From Sminthopsis crassicaudata (taxonomy: Eukaryota): a stretch of 64,000 nt of DNA. The DNA lies in contig NC_133620.1 in the NCBI RefSeq assembly GCF_048593235.1, positions 354,111,261-354,175,260 on the forward strand, given 5' to 3'. Shown here one piece after another: positions 27,085 to 41,400 of the stretch. Both the position numbers and the translations under genes were made by a program. How positions within the stretch are numbered: the stretch's first letter is position 1; each line of letters begins with the position of its first letter. The notes beneath the pieces are model-generated. The model searched no databases. It worked only from the letters and a program-made list of their open reading frames with translations, and was not told the DNA's origin.

Positions 27085-29035
27085 TGCAAAAAAACCTAAC
27101 TTATACAAAGAAAAATTCCTTTTAAAATAACTATTGATAGTATAAAATATTTGGGAATCTTTCTGCCAAGGAAAAATCAGGAACTAATATGAGCAAAACT
27201 ACAAAACACTTTCCACACAAAGTCAGATCTAAGGAACTGGAAAAATATCAAGTGCTCTAGAATAGGTTGAGCGAATATAATAAACATGACAATACTACCT
27301 AAACCGATCTATTTATTTAGTACTATATCAATCAAACTCCCAAAATACTATTATACTGAACTAGAAAAAATATAACAAAATTCATCTGGAAGAACAAAAG
27401 GTCAAGAATTTCTAAGGATTTAATGAAGAGAAAATCAAATGAAGGCTGCCTAGCTGTACCTGATCTAAAACTATATTATAAAGGAGTGGTCACCAAAACC
27501 ATTTGGTATTGGCTAAGAAATAGAGAAGTTGATCAGTGGAATAGGTTAGGTTCACAGGACAAAATAGTCAATAACTATAGCAATCTAGTGTTTGACAAAC
27601 CCAAAGACTCCAGCTTTTGGGATAAGAATTCACTATTTGATAAAAACTGCTGGGAAAGTTGGAAACTGCGATGGCAGGAACTAGGCATAGAGTCAGCATC
27701 TAACACCATATGGCAAGATAAGGTCAAAATGGGTTCATGATCTAGGCATAAAGAATGAGATTATAAACACAGGACTTGTGGAGGAGGAAGGAATTTGTGA
27801 CCAAAGAAGAACTAGAGATCATTATTGATCACAAAATAGAAATTTTGATTATATCAAGTTAAAAAGTTTTTATACAAACAAAAGTAATGCAGATGATTAG
27901 AAGGGAATGAGAAAACATTTTTTACATTCAAAAGTTGTGATAAAGACCTCATTTCTAAAATATATAGAGAATTGACTCAAATTTATAACAGTTCAAGCCA
28001 TTCTCCAATTGATAAGTGGTCTAAGGATATGAACAGATAATTTTTAGATGAAGAAATTGAAACTTTTCATATGAAAAGTTCCAAATTGCTATTGATCAGA
28101 GAAATGCAAATTAAGACAACTCTGAGATACCACTGCACATTCAGATTGGCTAAGATGATAGGAAAAGGTAATGATGAATGTTGGAGGGGATGTGGGAAAA
28201 CTGGGACACTGAAACATGGCTGGTGGAGTTATGAACAGATCCAACCATTCTGGAGAGCAATTTGGAACTATGCTCAAAAAGTTATCAAACTGTGTATATA
28301 CCCTTTGATCCAGCAGTGCTACTACTGGGCTTATATCCCAAAGAAATACTAAAGAAGGGAAAGGGACCTGTATGTGCCAAAATGTTTGTGGCAGCCCTTT
28401 TTGTAGTGGCTAGAAACTGGAAAATGAATGGATGCCCATCAATTGGAGAATGGTTGGGTAAATTATGGTATATGAATGTTATGGAATATTATTGTTCTGT
28501 AAGAAATGACCAGCAGGATGATTTTAGAGAAGCCTGGAGGGACTTACATGAACTGATGCTGAGTGAAATGAGCAGAACCAGGAGATCATTATATAGTTCA
28601 ACAACGATACTGTATGAGGATGTATTCTGATGAAAATGGATATCTTCAACAAAGAGAGGATCTAATTCAGTTCCAATTGATGAATGGAATCAGCTACACC
28701 CAGAGAAGGAACACTGGGAGATGAGTGTAAACTTTTTGTATTTTAGTTTTTCTTCTCAGGTTATTTTTGCCTTCTGAATCCAATTCTTCCTGTGCAACAA
28801 GAAATTCGGTTCTGTACACATATATTGTATCTAGGATATACTATTACACATTTAACATGTATGGGATGGGACTGCCTGCCTTCTAGGGGAGGAGGTGGAG
28901 GGAAGGAGGGAAAATTCTGAATAGATGTGAATGCAGGGGATAATGTTGTAAAAAATTACCCATGCATATGTACTGTCAAAAAAAAGTTATAATTATAAAA
29001 TTAATTTTAACAATGTAAAAAAAAAAAAGAAAAGA
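27085..29035 (+). mobile_element. 5'-truncated L1 (disrupted ORF2 C-terminal part, 3' UTR, poly(A))
   Basis: ORFs 27423-27740 (GCLAVPDLKLYYKGVVTKTIWYW), 28071-28352 ([16 protein letters not shown]) and 28262-28630 are frameshifted L1 ORF2p pieces. Confidence 0.92.
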
Positions 29036-29556
29036 AAAGAAACGACCAGCAGGATGATTTCAGAAAAGCTTGGAGAGACTTACATGAACTGATGCTAAGT
29101 GAAATGAGCAGAACCAGGAGCTCATTATACACGGCAACAAGACTATACACCAATCAATTCTGATAGAAGTGGCTCTCTTCAACATTGAGATGATTCAAAC
29201 CAGTGCCACTTGTTCAATGATAAAGAGAGCCTTCTACACCAGAGAGAGAACCATGGAACAGCGTGGAGCACAATACAGCATTCTCACTCTGTTTTATTTG
29301 CTTGCATTTTGTTTTCTTTCCGTTATTTTTTTCTTCCTTATTGATCTAGATTTTTCTTGTGCAACAAAATAACTATAAAAATGTATACATATATTGGATC
29401 TAACATGTATTTCAACATATTTAACATATATTAGACTACCTGCCAGTTAGGGGAGTGGGTGGGGGAAAGGGGAAAATTTGGAAGAAAAGGTTATGCAAGG
29501 GTCAATGTTGGAAAACTTGCATGTGCTTTGTAAATTAAAAAATAAAAAATAAATAA
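29036..29556 (+). mobile_element. Second L1 3' end of a different subfamily, abutting the poly(A) of the previous copy
   Basis: Restarts at aagaaacgaccagcaggatgatttcag (homologous to 28500) but carries a different 3' UTR. Confidence 0.85.
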
Positions 29557-29635
29557 GGAAACTAATTCATGCCTACTCACAAGGTTACAAAACAGAAAAA
29601 GGAAGCATTTAAGTTGCTGGTAAACAATAGGTTTG

Positions 29636-29678
<43 letters not shown>

Positions 29679-29967
29679 GCAGGAGACCTCTAGATGTTCT
29701 TGAAAACTATTTTCAGGATAAGAAAAAGGGCTTGCATCGATATATCAGTAGGAGAACAATGTTTGGTAAAGAGAAGAAACCTGAGTTGTTTGACTGAAGG
29801 TTTAAAAGTTGGGGTGTTTTAGGGAATTTCATAGCCTCTTCAGTGGGCTACCTATATACCTGTAATTCAGTTTACATATATGCATTCTGGCTACTGCATA
29901 TGACAACCAATTTCTTATTAACTTGAGATAATTTCTGCTTCCTGATTTTTTTGTGACCTAACACCAC

Positions 29968-30206
29968 AGTTATTATTTTTCAGTCATGTCCAACTCTTCA
30001 TGATCCCGTTTGGGGTTTTCTTGGCAAAGATACACATACTGTAGTGGTTTGCTATTTCCTTCTCCAGGTCACTTAACAAATAAAGAAACTGAGGTAAATA
30101 GGATGAAGTGATTTACCCAAGGTCACATAGTCAGTGTCTGAATCCAGATTTGAACTCAGGAAAATGTCTTCCTTGTGCTCTATCCACTTGGACGCTTAGC
30201 TGCCCC
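29968..30206 (-). mobile_element. MAR1-type CORE-SINE
   Basis: cagtcatgtccaactcttcatgatcccgtttggggttttcttggcaaagatac...gtggtttgctatttccttctccag plus CORE and a gctgcccc head. Confidence 0.8.
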
Positions 30207-30386
30207 ACCATATACACACACACACACACACAAAACAACAAAAATCAAAACATCCCACAGATTAAGACAGATCATTGTAAAATGAAGAATATTTAAAATG
30301 TCTCATGCTTTTTCATGAAATTCTTTCTATTCCCTTCTGGATCAATAAGACAGTAAAGCAGAGATAGATATTGGGAGCTAGTGGAG

Positions 30387-30542
30387 GGCAGCTAGGTGGC
30401 GCAGTGGATAGAACACCAAGCCCTGAACTTAGGAGGACCCGAGTTCAAATTTGATCTCAGACACTTAGCACTTCCTAGCTGTGTGACTCTGGCTGGGCAA
30501 GTCACTTAACCCCAGCCTCAGGGGAAAAAAAAAAAATAGAAA
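30387..30542 (+). mobile_element. WSINE1-type SINE with 14-bp TSD
   Basis: TSD gggagctagtggag at 30373-30386 and 30543-30556. Confidence 0.9.
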
Positions 30543-30744
30543 GGGAGCTAGTGGAGCTTGAGGTCAATTGCCTTGTTCTAACTTGACACTGGGGTTGCTC
30601 TCAGACCCTTATGAGTGATTAGCTTAAAACAAAAAAACACCTTCATTTTGGAAAAAATTTTTGCTGAAAGCTCGACCTGGCAATGCTTTTATCTGTAGAA
30701 GCTTCTTGCCACTCTCATCCCTTCTGAATTTTTTTGGGGAGAGG

Positions 30745-30872
30745 GAATTGGAGTTAAATGACTTATCCGGGGTCCCAGACTTTGGAAGTGTTAAATGTCT
30801 GAGGTCACATTTGAATTCAGGTTCTCCTGATTCCAGGGTCAGTATTCTATCTATTGTACCACATAGCTACTT
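30745..30872 (-). mobile_element. Diverged WSINE1/CORE-SINE
   Basis: gagttaaatgacttatccgggg...gtctgaggtcacatttgaattcagg. Confidence 0.65.
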
Positions 30873-32225
30873 CCTCCTTTTTAATTTCTTAACCTGTTTT
30901 CCTCTGATGATGACTTTGTATATATACATGTCATACACACACACACACATATAGGTAGTGTTTATGAACATGTAACTATATGCACATGTACATGTATATA
31001 CATGTATATATAAAGTATTGTAGTCTTGCACATTTATATGCATATTTGTGTCTTATGTTATATTTATTTATATATTGTGTGTGTGTATTTTTAAATTCCA
31101 GACCCAGCCTCCTTTCATGATTTAGAACAAAACCTTTGAAGTACAACTTCTATTAACAGTCCTACTTTTGTATTTATTGGACTGAAGGGGGCAAGCAGGG
31201 GACAGAGTTTAAAAAGTAATAATGCTCAATATTCATCACTTTAATTTGTGGAAAGCATACCCAAGAAAGGAAATCTGGGTCTCAGTTTTTGTTCTCTTGA
31301 TCAATTAAATCAGTCAATGGCATTTTTAATCTTCTTTATGTCCTCCATGGCTTCTTTGAATTGCTGTCACCCCCCACACACTCTCACATTTCTTAATTTC
31401 TGTCCTATGTTCCTTTATTAACTGCCATTTTCTAAATGAATTTTTTAAATAAAAGGAAAGGTTTTTTAAAAGATTATTATAGAGGGCATTATATCCTGCT
31501 AAAGGGAAAAGATTATTATAAATAATTTACATATAATATATATTTATATAGGGCTAATATATAAAATATATGACATTTAATATAAATTATAATATATAAA
31601 TATATATTACTAAAAGGCTATTATATCAACATTAGCTATTTTTATTATTGTTTATACATAGTCCAGTAGTCAACATACCTCTGGGCTAAGTGCTTGAAAC
31701 AGAAAAGTAAAAGATAGTCCCTGCTTTTAGAGTGCTCATATTCTAATAGAGGAGACAGCATGCAAACAACTGCATTAAAATTATACATATGCAAGATAAA
31801 TTGGGAATAATCAATTGAGGGAAGCCACCAGATTTAAGAGGGTTCTTGTCTCCCTCATTAGAATGTAAATTTCAAACAGACTGCTTTTGCCATTCTTTAT
31901 GTCCCCTGCACTTAGCACAGTACACAGTAAGCACTTAGTAAATGCTTGTTGACGGACTACTTAATAGTCACTGCTTGCTTCTTGTGGGATTGAATGGAAG
32001 CCTGAGATCAGATGAAGAGATTAACGTTCCCGTAGGTGAGGTTTCTCTGGAGGCGGGTCTCATCTGTGTATCTCAGAGTTGGAGATGAGGATTCAGTTCC
32101 AGCTTCCAGCTGGCTGGGGGTAGTGAAGGTAGGCACTTGTTACTGCTGGGCAGGGATGTATCTAGGCTCGCTCTGGGGATAGGGAAATCAGGGAGGCGTG
32201 GTCACTGAGGGGTGGGTATTTACAA

Positions 32226-32242
32226 GAAATGAAAGTGGAAGT
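32226..32242 (+). promoter_or_regulatory. IRF/ISRE-like element upstream of IFI35
   Basis: GAAATGAAAGTGGAAGT about 180 nt upstream of the IFI35 ATG; contains the AANNGAAA IRF core and GAAANNGGAA. Fits the established interferon inducibility of IFI35. Confidence 0.6.
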
Positions 32243-32420
32243 ACTTTAACTGGGGAGAGTTGGAGATCCTCCAGCTTGTGTATCTGAAGAGACCTGAGAC
32301 CCGGGGGATCAATCCTCGATAGCTCACCCCTTTTTCCCTTCCCCTCCTCAAATCCTCACCTCCAGGTGGCACCCTGAGCCTTCGTGTTACCTACCCCTAA
32401 GGAGACAGGAGAAGAACCTC

Positions 32421-35400
32421 ATGGATCAGACAGATAATAAGGTAAGTGGCCTTCAGAATGACAGCCTTCCCGGCTGATGGGTTTACAGATGGAGGGAGTA
32501 GAAAAGGGTCTGCTGTGGCTGGGAGCAGAAATCAGGTTGCTTATTCAATACCTCTTTGGCTTCCTTGCAAAAGAGAGGAGAAACAGACTGAGCCCTTACC
32601 CCACATGAAACCAACCCCACATTGTCTCAAATAATGCTCCTATTCATAGAGTCTGAAGGTGTCTGCCTTACCCTCACTTTCTGAAGAGAAACATTAATCC
32701 CCGGGCTCCTCAAAAAATCTAGTGACAAAGATAAACATCAATCTTCATTCTCAATTCAGTACAATCTGTCTGCATATCGATCTATCCTTCTTTCTCAGGT
32801 GTTCTTTCCTAAAACTAGTTGCTTTTAATTTTTTTTTTTTTCAATTAACAATCATTTCTTTCTCTCCTTCCCCATTCCCCATCAAATAATGTTAGAGAAA
32901 AACTAAACCCTTATAATCAATATGCGTAATCAGGCAAAATAAATGCCCATACTGTCTACATCTAAAGATTTATGTTCTCTTCTGTATAATGAGTCCAACC
33001 CTTTCTGTCAGGAAATAGCATTTTTCATCATCAGACTTCTAAAATTGTGCTTGGTCATTGCATTGATCAGACTTAAGTCTTTTAAAGTTTTTTATCTTCT
33101 TTATTATATTGTTATTATCTAATTTATTCTCCTGGTTCTGTTCACCTCCCCGTGCATCAGTTCATAGCACGGGTTCCCAGGTTTTTCTGAAACAGCCCCA
33201 ATATCACTTCTATTCAATAGGGTACCATAATTTGTTCAGCCACTCCCTAATCAATGGGCATCTGTTTAGTTTTCACTTTTTAGTCACTTTAGAAAAAGCT
33301 ATTATAAATCTTTCACACATATAAGACTTCTCCTTCTTTTCTTCATTTCCCTTGGTCATAGAACAGGTAGTGGTATTTCTGGGTCAAAAGACATGAACTA
33401 TAGAACTCTTTGCACAAAGTTCCAATTTGATTGCCAAAATAGTTGGAATTCAACTAACATCTTTTCCACTTTATACTTAGGTAGCAGGCAAGTCATTAAA
33501 CATTTTTGATCCTCATTTTCCTCATTTATAAAATGAAGTGGTGATAATTAGATCATAGGTTCATGGATTGAATGCTAAAAGGGACCTTATGAGTCCATCT
33601 AGTCCAATCCCTTCATTTTATAGAGGAGGAAACTAAGTGACCTACTTAGCCTTACAGGCAGGATTTGAATCCAAGGTCCTCCAAAATCCACATCCAATCA
33701 TCTGCCTTTAAGATCCCTTTTACCTCTGTCTATGATGCTCTGTATATAAATCTTGCCACAGCATGAAACCATCAGAGTCCACATTTCTTCAGGGACCATG
33801 TTTTATATAGTGCCCAAATCCTACAGAGCCTCTGATGTGGTGATGGGGGAATGGGAGGAACTCAACAGGGTTTGTTAATTGACAAGGATCAACTGACCCA
33901 TGAGGATGCTTTGGGAGAAGACACACACAGACCTCAGGATGATGCATGGTGGAGATTGAAGCTTCAGGTGAGTCCCATGGGGGTCAGCCAGGGTCCTCTC
34001 CAGGAAGGAGAGAGACTGGATTGTATTCCAGGTAAGACCTTTCAGAATGGGGAACCTTAAAAGAAAAAAAAAGAAAAAAAAAACAGAATGGGGAACCTTT
34101 TCCTTGGGTAGGTACATTTTTTTGAAAGACAAGCAATTAATTCATCATCACCTGTCTCTCCCTGCCTTCCCCTTCTTGAGCAGGAGCTCTGCTGTCTGAA
34201 AGAAGAACAGAAGAGGTTGAAATTGAGAAAGGAGGAATTACAGCAACTCCGGAAAGGAGTCTTCCAAAAGGAGGAGGTAAATGACAAGCAGACAGGTGGG
34301 GGTTGGAGACTGAAGGGAACTTTGTTTCTTCTTTTCCCTCACGTCCAGTAAGGTTCCCAATCCTGTCAGGTCTATATCTGAAAATCTCTCTCACTTACTA
34401 GAAGGTGGTCTATTCTGGTCATACCACATCTCAAACTGTATTATAAAGCTTTATTTCATAGAACTCTCCTTCGCCTTCTCTGTGTCTCTCCAAACTGAAC
34501 TACTCATTAATCTTCTGTATGAGAGGTCCATTTTTAATATTTAATTTTAATGTTTCACATTTATTTTCATATTTAACATCAATAATTAATCTTTAATAAA
34601 AATTTAAAATCTAACTATTTTCAGCATAATTGGTTTTCTTTATAGTGCTATGTATTTTATTTTATGCATTTAAGAACATTATTCTGAAAAGCCCCCTCAC
34701 CTCAGAAGGGGTCCCTAGGCTTTATCAGACCACCAAGGTGTCCATGACACCAAAAGGTTCAGAATCTACTCTTTCCCTTCACACAAGCCATCTATAGAAT
34801 GATCTACTTCATATTCTAGCTTATCAAAAACTCTCTTCCTTCAAGGTTCAGATCAAATGTCGTGCTCAGCTCTCCTTCCTGTTCCCATCTCTCTTTGATC
34901 TCTTCTGTATATGTTTTTCCTAAATTTTATGCTAAAATTTTGTATATTTGTATTTATGTTTCATATCTAGAATCTAAAATCCTTGAAGGCAAGAACTATG
35001 TGGTTTATGGTTCAATCTTTGTATCTCCCAAGATGCCTTACAATAAGTAGGCATTAACAGCCTGAATTTTAATTAGTGAATTATTCACTTAACTTAGGTA
35101 ATCAAAGTGGATATCTTTTATTTTTTTCACTTACTACACTTCCTATATCCCAATTTATCCCTCCTTTCAGAAAACCATCTTTTATAACTTTTTTTTTGGG
35201 GGGAAGGAGTGTTATATGATTTGCTCAGGGTCACACAGCTAAGAAGTGTTAAATGTTTGTAGTTAGATTTGAACTCAGGTCTATCCACTGTGCCATCTAG
35301 CTGCCCCATATAATAAATTATTTTTAGAAAAAAAGAAAAATTTAGCAAAACTCACCAGTACCTCAAAAAAATCTGTCATTATGTGCAATGTTCTATACCC

Positions 35401-38400
35401 CTGTATCTCTGCACTCTGCAAATGAATATTTCTTCTCATATTTCCCCTTTGTGGCCAGGAATTCTTAAGAATTTTTTTCATTTAGTTTTATTTTTATAAA
35501 TACATTTTTATTGATGTCGTTTGTTTTTTACATTGTTTAACTTTCTCCTGGTATCCTTTCTTCTCCTACTCCCAGAAAGCCATTCTATCTAATAAAGAAT
35601 ATTTAAAAATTTTTTTTAAACATTTTTATTTAAAGTTTTGAGTTCCAAATTCTATCCTCCCTTCTCTTCCTCCCTGAGACAGTAAGCAATCAGATATAAG
35701 TTATACATGTATAATTATGTATAACACTTCCATATTAGTTATTTTATGCAAGAACATGTGAATAAAGGAAAAAAATAAAAGAAAGTGAAAAATAGCATGC
35801 TTCAGTCTGTATTCAATCAATATCAGTTTTTTCTCTGGAGGCAGATATTATGCTTCATGATTAATCTTTTGGGATTACCTTGGATCACTATTGCTTAGAC
35901 TAGCTAAATCATTTACAATTCTTCATCAAACAATATTGTTGTTGTTGGGTACAACAGAAACCAGTTCTGTTCATTTCACTATTCATCAATTCATGTAAAT
36001 CTTTCTAGATTTTTCTAATATCATCCTACTTATCATTTCTTATAGCACATTAATATTCCATTACAACCATATACACAGCTTGTTGAACCATTCCCTAATA
36101 GAATCCCTTTGATGCATCTCTTTGGGCATCCCTTTGATGTCCAATTCTTCACCAGCAAGAAAAGAGCTTCTAGAAATATTTTTGTACAAATAGCTGCTTT
36201 CCTTATTTTTATGGACATCCTCAGAATAGAGATCTGGAGTAGTATTGCTGGATTAAAGAATAACCCAATCTTATAGCCCTTTGGGCATATTCCCAATAAC
36301 TGTCCAAAAGAGTTTGTTCAGTTCACAACTCTATGGTATATTAATGTTCTAGTTTTCCCATATTTCTTCCAACATCCAACATTTTCCTTTTTTTGTCATA
36401 TTAGCCATTTTGATAGGTGTGAGGTGATACCTCAGAGTTATTTTAATATGTATTTCTCTATTCAATAGTGATTTAGAATATTTCTCCATATGACTATAGT
36501 TTTGATTTCTTTGTTTTAAAAATGGGTTGTTCATCTCCTTTGACCATTTATCATTTGAGGAATGAGTTATATTTTTATAAATTTTATTCTCTTTTCTATA
36601 TATTTGAGAAATGAGGCCTTTATCTTGCTTCAAAAATTTTCCCTCTAGTTTTCTGCTTTTCTTATAATTTTATTTGCATTGGTTTTGATTATTTAAAACC
36701 TTCTAAATTTTATATAATTAAAATTATCTATTTTATATTATATAATGTTCTGTATATCTTCTTTGATCCCAAATTCTTCCCTTATTCATAAATCTGACAG
36801 ATAAACTTCCATGCTCTTTTAATTTGCTTATGGTATCACCCTTTGTGTCTAGATCATGTACACATTTTAACCTTATTTTGGTATATTGTGTGAAATGTTG
36901 CTCTTTGCCTGGTTTCTGCCATACTATTTTCTGGTTTTCCTAGCAGTTTATGTCAAATAATGAGTTTTTCTTCCAAAAGCTTGGATCGTTGGGTTTGTCA
37001 TATACTAGATTACTATGATCATTTACTATGATGTAATGTGTACCTAATCTATTCCACTGATCCACCACTCTTTTTTTTTTTTTTAGCCAGTGTCAGATTT
37101 TTTTTGATAATTACCACTTTATAATATATGATAAATACCACTTTTGCAATCTTCTGGTATGACTAGACCACCTTCTTTCACATTTTATTTTTCATTGATT
37201 CCTTGAGGTTTGTTCTTACAAATGAATCTTCTTACGATTTTTTTCTAGTTTAAAAAATAGTTTTTTGGGGCAGCTAGGTGGTGTAGTGGATAGAGCACCA
37301 GCCTTGAATTCAGGAGGACCCAAGTTCAAATCTGGTCTCAGACACTTAACACTTCCTAGCTGTGTGACTCTGGGCAAGTCACTTAACCCCAGCCTCAGGG
37401 TGGGGGAAATCGTTTTTTGATAGTTTGATTTGTTACTGAATAAACAAATTAACACATTAAATTAATTAACAAACAATTAATTTGGTTGAACCCATGAGCA
37501 ATTAATATTTTCCAGTTGTTTAGATATGAATTTATTTGTGTGAAGTGTTGGATAATTGTGTGTATATAGTTCTCCATTTGTCTTGGCAGATAGACTCCAA
37601 AGTATTTTATATTGTCTACAGATATTTTAAATGAAATTTCTCTTTCTATCTCTTGTTGCTGGACTTTGTTGGTAATATGTAGAAAGACTGATGATTTATA
37701 TGGATTTATTTTACATCCTTAAACTTGGTAAAAGTTATTCATAATTTCATGTAGTTTTTAGTTGATTCTCTAGGATTTTTAAAGCATAACATCATATCAT
37801 CTACAAAAAGTGATAATTTTATTTCCTCATTCCTTGTTCTAGTTCCTTTAATTTCGTTTTTCTTCTCTTATTGCCTTAATTAGCATTTCTAGTACAATAT
37901 TAAATAATGGAGATGAAAATTGGCATCCTTACTTCATCTCTAATTGTATTGGGAAGGCTTTTAGCTTATCCCCAATACAGATAATGCTTGCTGATGATTT
38001 TAGATAAATATTACTTATTTTAAGAAAAATTTCTTTATTCCTATGACCTCTGATATTTTTTATAGGAATGGATGCTATATTTTGTCAAAACCTTTTTCTG
38101 CATTTATTAAAATAATCATATTTCTATTGGGTTTGCTATTGATATGGTCAGTTGTACTAATAGTTTTCCTAATATTGAACCATCCCTGTATTTCTGGTAT
38201 AAACCCCACCTGGTCATAGTGTATAATCCTAGTGATATATTGCTGCAATCTCTTTGCTAGTATTTTATTTAAAAATTTTGTATCACTATTTTGATCTATA
38301 ATTTTCTTTCTCTGTTTTAGCTCTTCCTGGTTTGAGGGCATCATATTTGTGTCATTCTCTGCTTATTTTTTCAAATAGTTTAAATAGTCTTGAAATTCAT

Positions 38401-41400
38401 TGTTCTTTAAATGTTTGGTATAATTCATTTGTGAATCTAGTTGTTCTTGGGGAATTTTTCTTAGGAAGTTTATTGATGGCTAGTTCAGTTTCTTTTTCTA
38501 AGATTAGGTTATTTAAATATTTTATTTTTTCTTCTGTTACTCTTGGCAATTAATATTTTTTGTATTAATACGTGAATATTCATTCATTTTATTTAAATAT
38601 CATATTTATTGGCATATGATTGGCAAAGTAGATCCTGACAATTGTTCTAATTTCCTCTTCATTAGTGGTGAGTTCCCCACTTTCATTTTTGATACTAAAT
38701 AGTATCAAAGTTTTCTCTTTTCTTTTAAAAAACCTAATTAGCCAATGGTTTATCTATTTCATTGTTTTCCCCCCATAAAAACAGATTTTAGTTTTACTAT
38801 CCATACTCCTAATTGCTGTTATAATACTAAAGTAAGAGTTACAAATAAATCTTGCCATATAGAAATATAAACAGTTTAATATTTTTTGGTGATTAAAAAA
38901 AAACCAACTTAATTTTCTTACCTTTTAATGTTTCCCTTGAATCTTGTATTTGAAGGATAGATTCTCTTTTCAACTCTAATCTTTTAATTAGAAATATTTG
39001 AAAGTACTCTATTTTGTTACATATCCATTTTTTCCTCCTGAAAAACTATATTCAGTTTTGCTGGATAGGTGATTTTTCATTGTAAGCTTAATTCCTTTGC
39101 CTTCTGGTAAATCATATTCCAAACTCTCTGATTCTTTAATGTGGAAGCTGCCAAATTTTGTGTAATTCTGGCTCTAGTTCTATGATATTTAAATTGTTTA
39201 TTTGGCTATGCGCAATATTTCTCCTTGATCTGTGAGCTCTGGAATTTTGTTATGATGTTCCTGGGAGTTTTCATTTGGGGATTTCTTTCAGTTGTTGAAC
39301 AGTGTATTCTTTTAATTTCTATTTTACCCTCTGGTTCTGATGCATCAGGGCAGTTTTTCTTGATAATTTCTTGAAAAATATTGCTCAGCCTTTTTTCCCC
39401 CTTAGTCGTGCTTTCAGATAATCCAATAATTCTTATATTCTCTTTCCTGCATCTGTTTTCTAAATCAATTGTTTTTCCAATCAGAAATTTCATATTTTCT
39501 TCTTTTTTTTTTTTTTTTTTACTTTTTTGATTTTGTTTTATATCTTGATGTATCATTGAGGTCATTAGTTTTCACTTGTTCAATTCTAACTTTTAAGGAA
39601 TTATTTTCTTCAGTGAAATTTGTACTTTCTTTCCCAACTGGCCAATTCTATTTTTTAGGAAATCATTTTCATCAGGAAATTTTTGCGTCTTTTCCCATTT
39701 TATTGTTTTTTTTTCCCCATGCTTCTATTATTCTACTATTTTTCTTCTTCCAAATTTTACCTCTATTTCTCTAATTTCCTTTTTTAACTCATTTTTTAAG
39801 CTCTTCCAGGAATTCTTTTCGGGCCTTCGATCAAATTAAATGGTGCTTTGAGGCTTCACATGTAGCCCTTTTGACACTATTGTCCTCTTCTAAGTTTATG
39901 CCTTGATCCTCCCTGCAACCATACTAACTTTCTGTGGTCCAGCTCTTTTGTTTGTTTTGGTTTTTGCCTGTCCCTCCTGCCTTTTTTGTGGCTTGTTGTT
40001 TTTATGTGAGAGTTGGGCTCTGGTTCCACACTGTCCCTAGATTTTTGTGCCGGGGTTCTGGGTCTCACTACCAGCTTTCACTGGGCTTCAGGGCTTAGCT
40101 TCTAGCTTCCTCTGGAGGACAGACTTCCCTCCTGGCTTGTACTGGGGCTGGGACCTCCCTGTTAGCCTCCCCTGATTGTGGGGTTTAGCTGTTGGCCTGC
40201 CCTAGGATGGGGCCTTGCTGCTGGGTTGCTATGGTAACAGAGTCTTTCCAGAAGTTAGCCCAGAAGGAAGCTTCGTGTTGCTGGTCTGCCCGGGCCTGGG
40301 GCCCTGCTTTTGGATTACTATGGAAACAGGATCCCTCTGGTGGTAGGCTTCAGATAAGCAACGGGGTCTATGGACCTTGCTGGTGGCTTGTGCTGGGGAT
40401 GGGATCTTACAGTGCTCAGGCTGCTCACTTGCCTCAGGGTCTGCTGATTTGCAGGACAGCCTGCTGATGGACTTCCTTCTCTCAGTGAAACACATCTTTC
40501 CTGATGGGCTTGCAGATTGCTTCTCTGATCCTAGACCAATTCTGAAGTGATTTTCTAGTTATTTGGAGGGGGATTTGGGAGGGCTTAAGAGGGTTCCTTC
40601 CTCCACCATTTTGGCACCAGAAGACAAAGAACATATATATATATATGTATATATGTATGTATATATATATTTTAAGAGAAAGATAGAAAAACCAATCAAA
40701 ACTAATTAAGATATGTATTTTTAAAACGGAAAATGTAGGTAATATTCCATTTATATGGACTTCCTACCACTGCAAAAGAGTGGAGTGGGGGATATCTTCT
40801 CATATTTCTTCTTTGGGAGCTATGTTTGTTTTATGAAATTCTGTGGTGCTCACTTTCGGTTGTTCTTGGTGATGGTTCTCATTTACATTGTTGTTGTCAT
40901 CATATTTATTGTTTTCTTAGCTTGGTTTACTTCAATCTGCATCAGTTCATGTAAGTCTTTCAAGGTTCTTTGTATTCATCTCATCTCTCTTTTAAAAAAT
41001 AGACTGATGATCCATTATACTTATGCATCATAATTTATTTAATAATCATTTCCTATTTAGTGAGCATCCACTTTGTTTCCAATTCTTTGTTTACCACAAA
41101 AGGTGCTGCTATAAATATTTTGGGACTTCCTTAGGGGAATGCATTTGTCTAGAATGACAATCTCTGAATTAATATGGAATTCTGAATGGTATTTTATTAT
41201 AGAACTCTGAATTAGTATTTTAGCTACCTCCTTTGCATAATTTCAAATTGATTTCCAGAATGCTTATCCTACTGCAGAACTCCACCAACACTTCTCTCTT
41301 TCAAGCATGCCTGTCTTTCTACAACCCTTCCATTGTTGACTATCCATCTTTTGTTTTCTTTGACAATTTATTGGGTGGGAAGTGAGAGCTCTTTCATACC

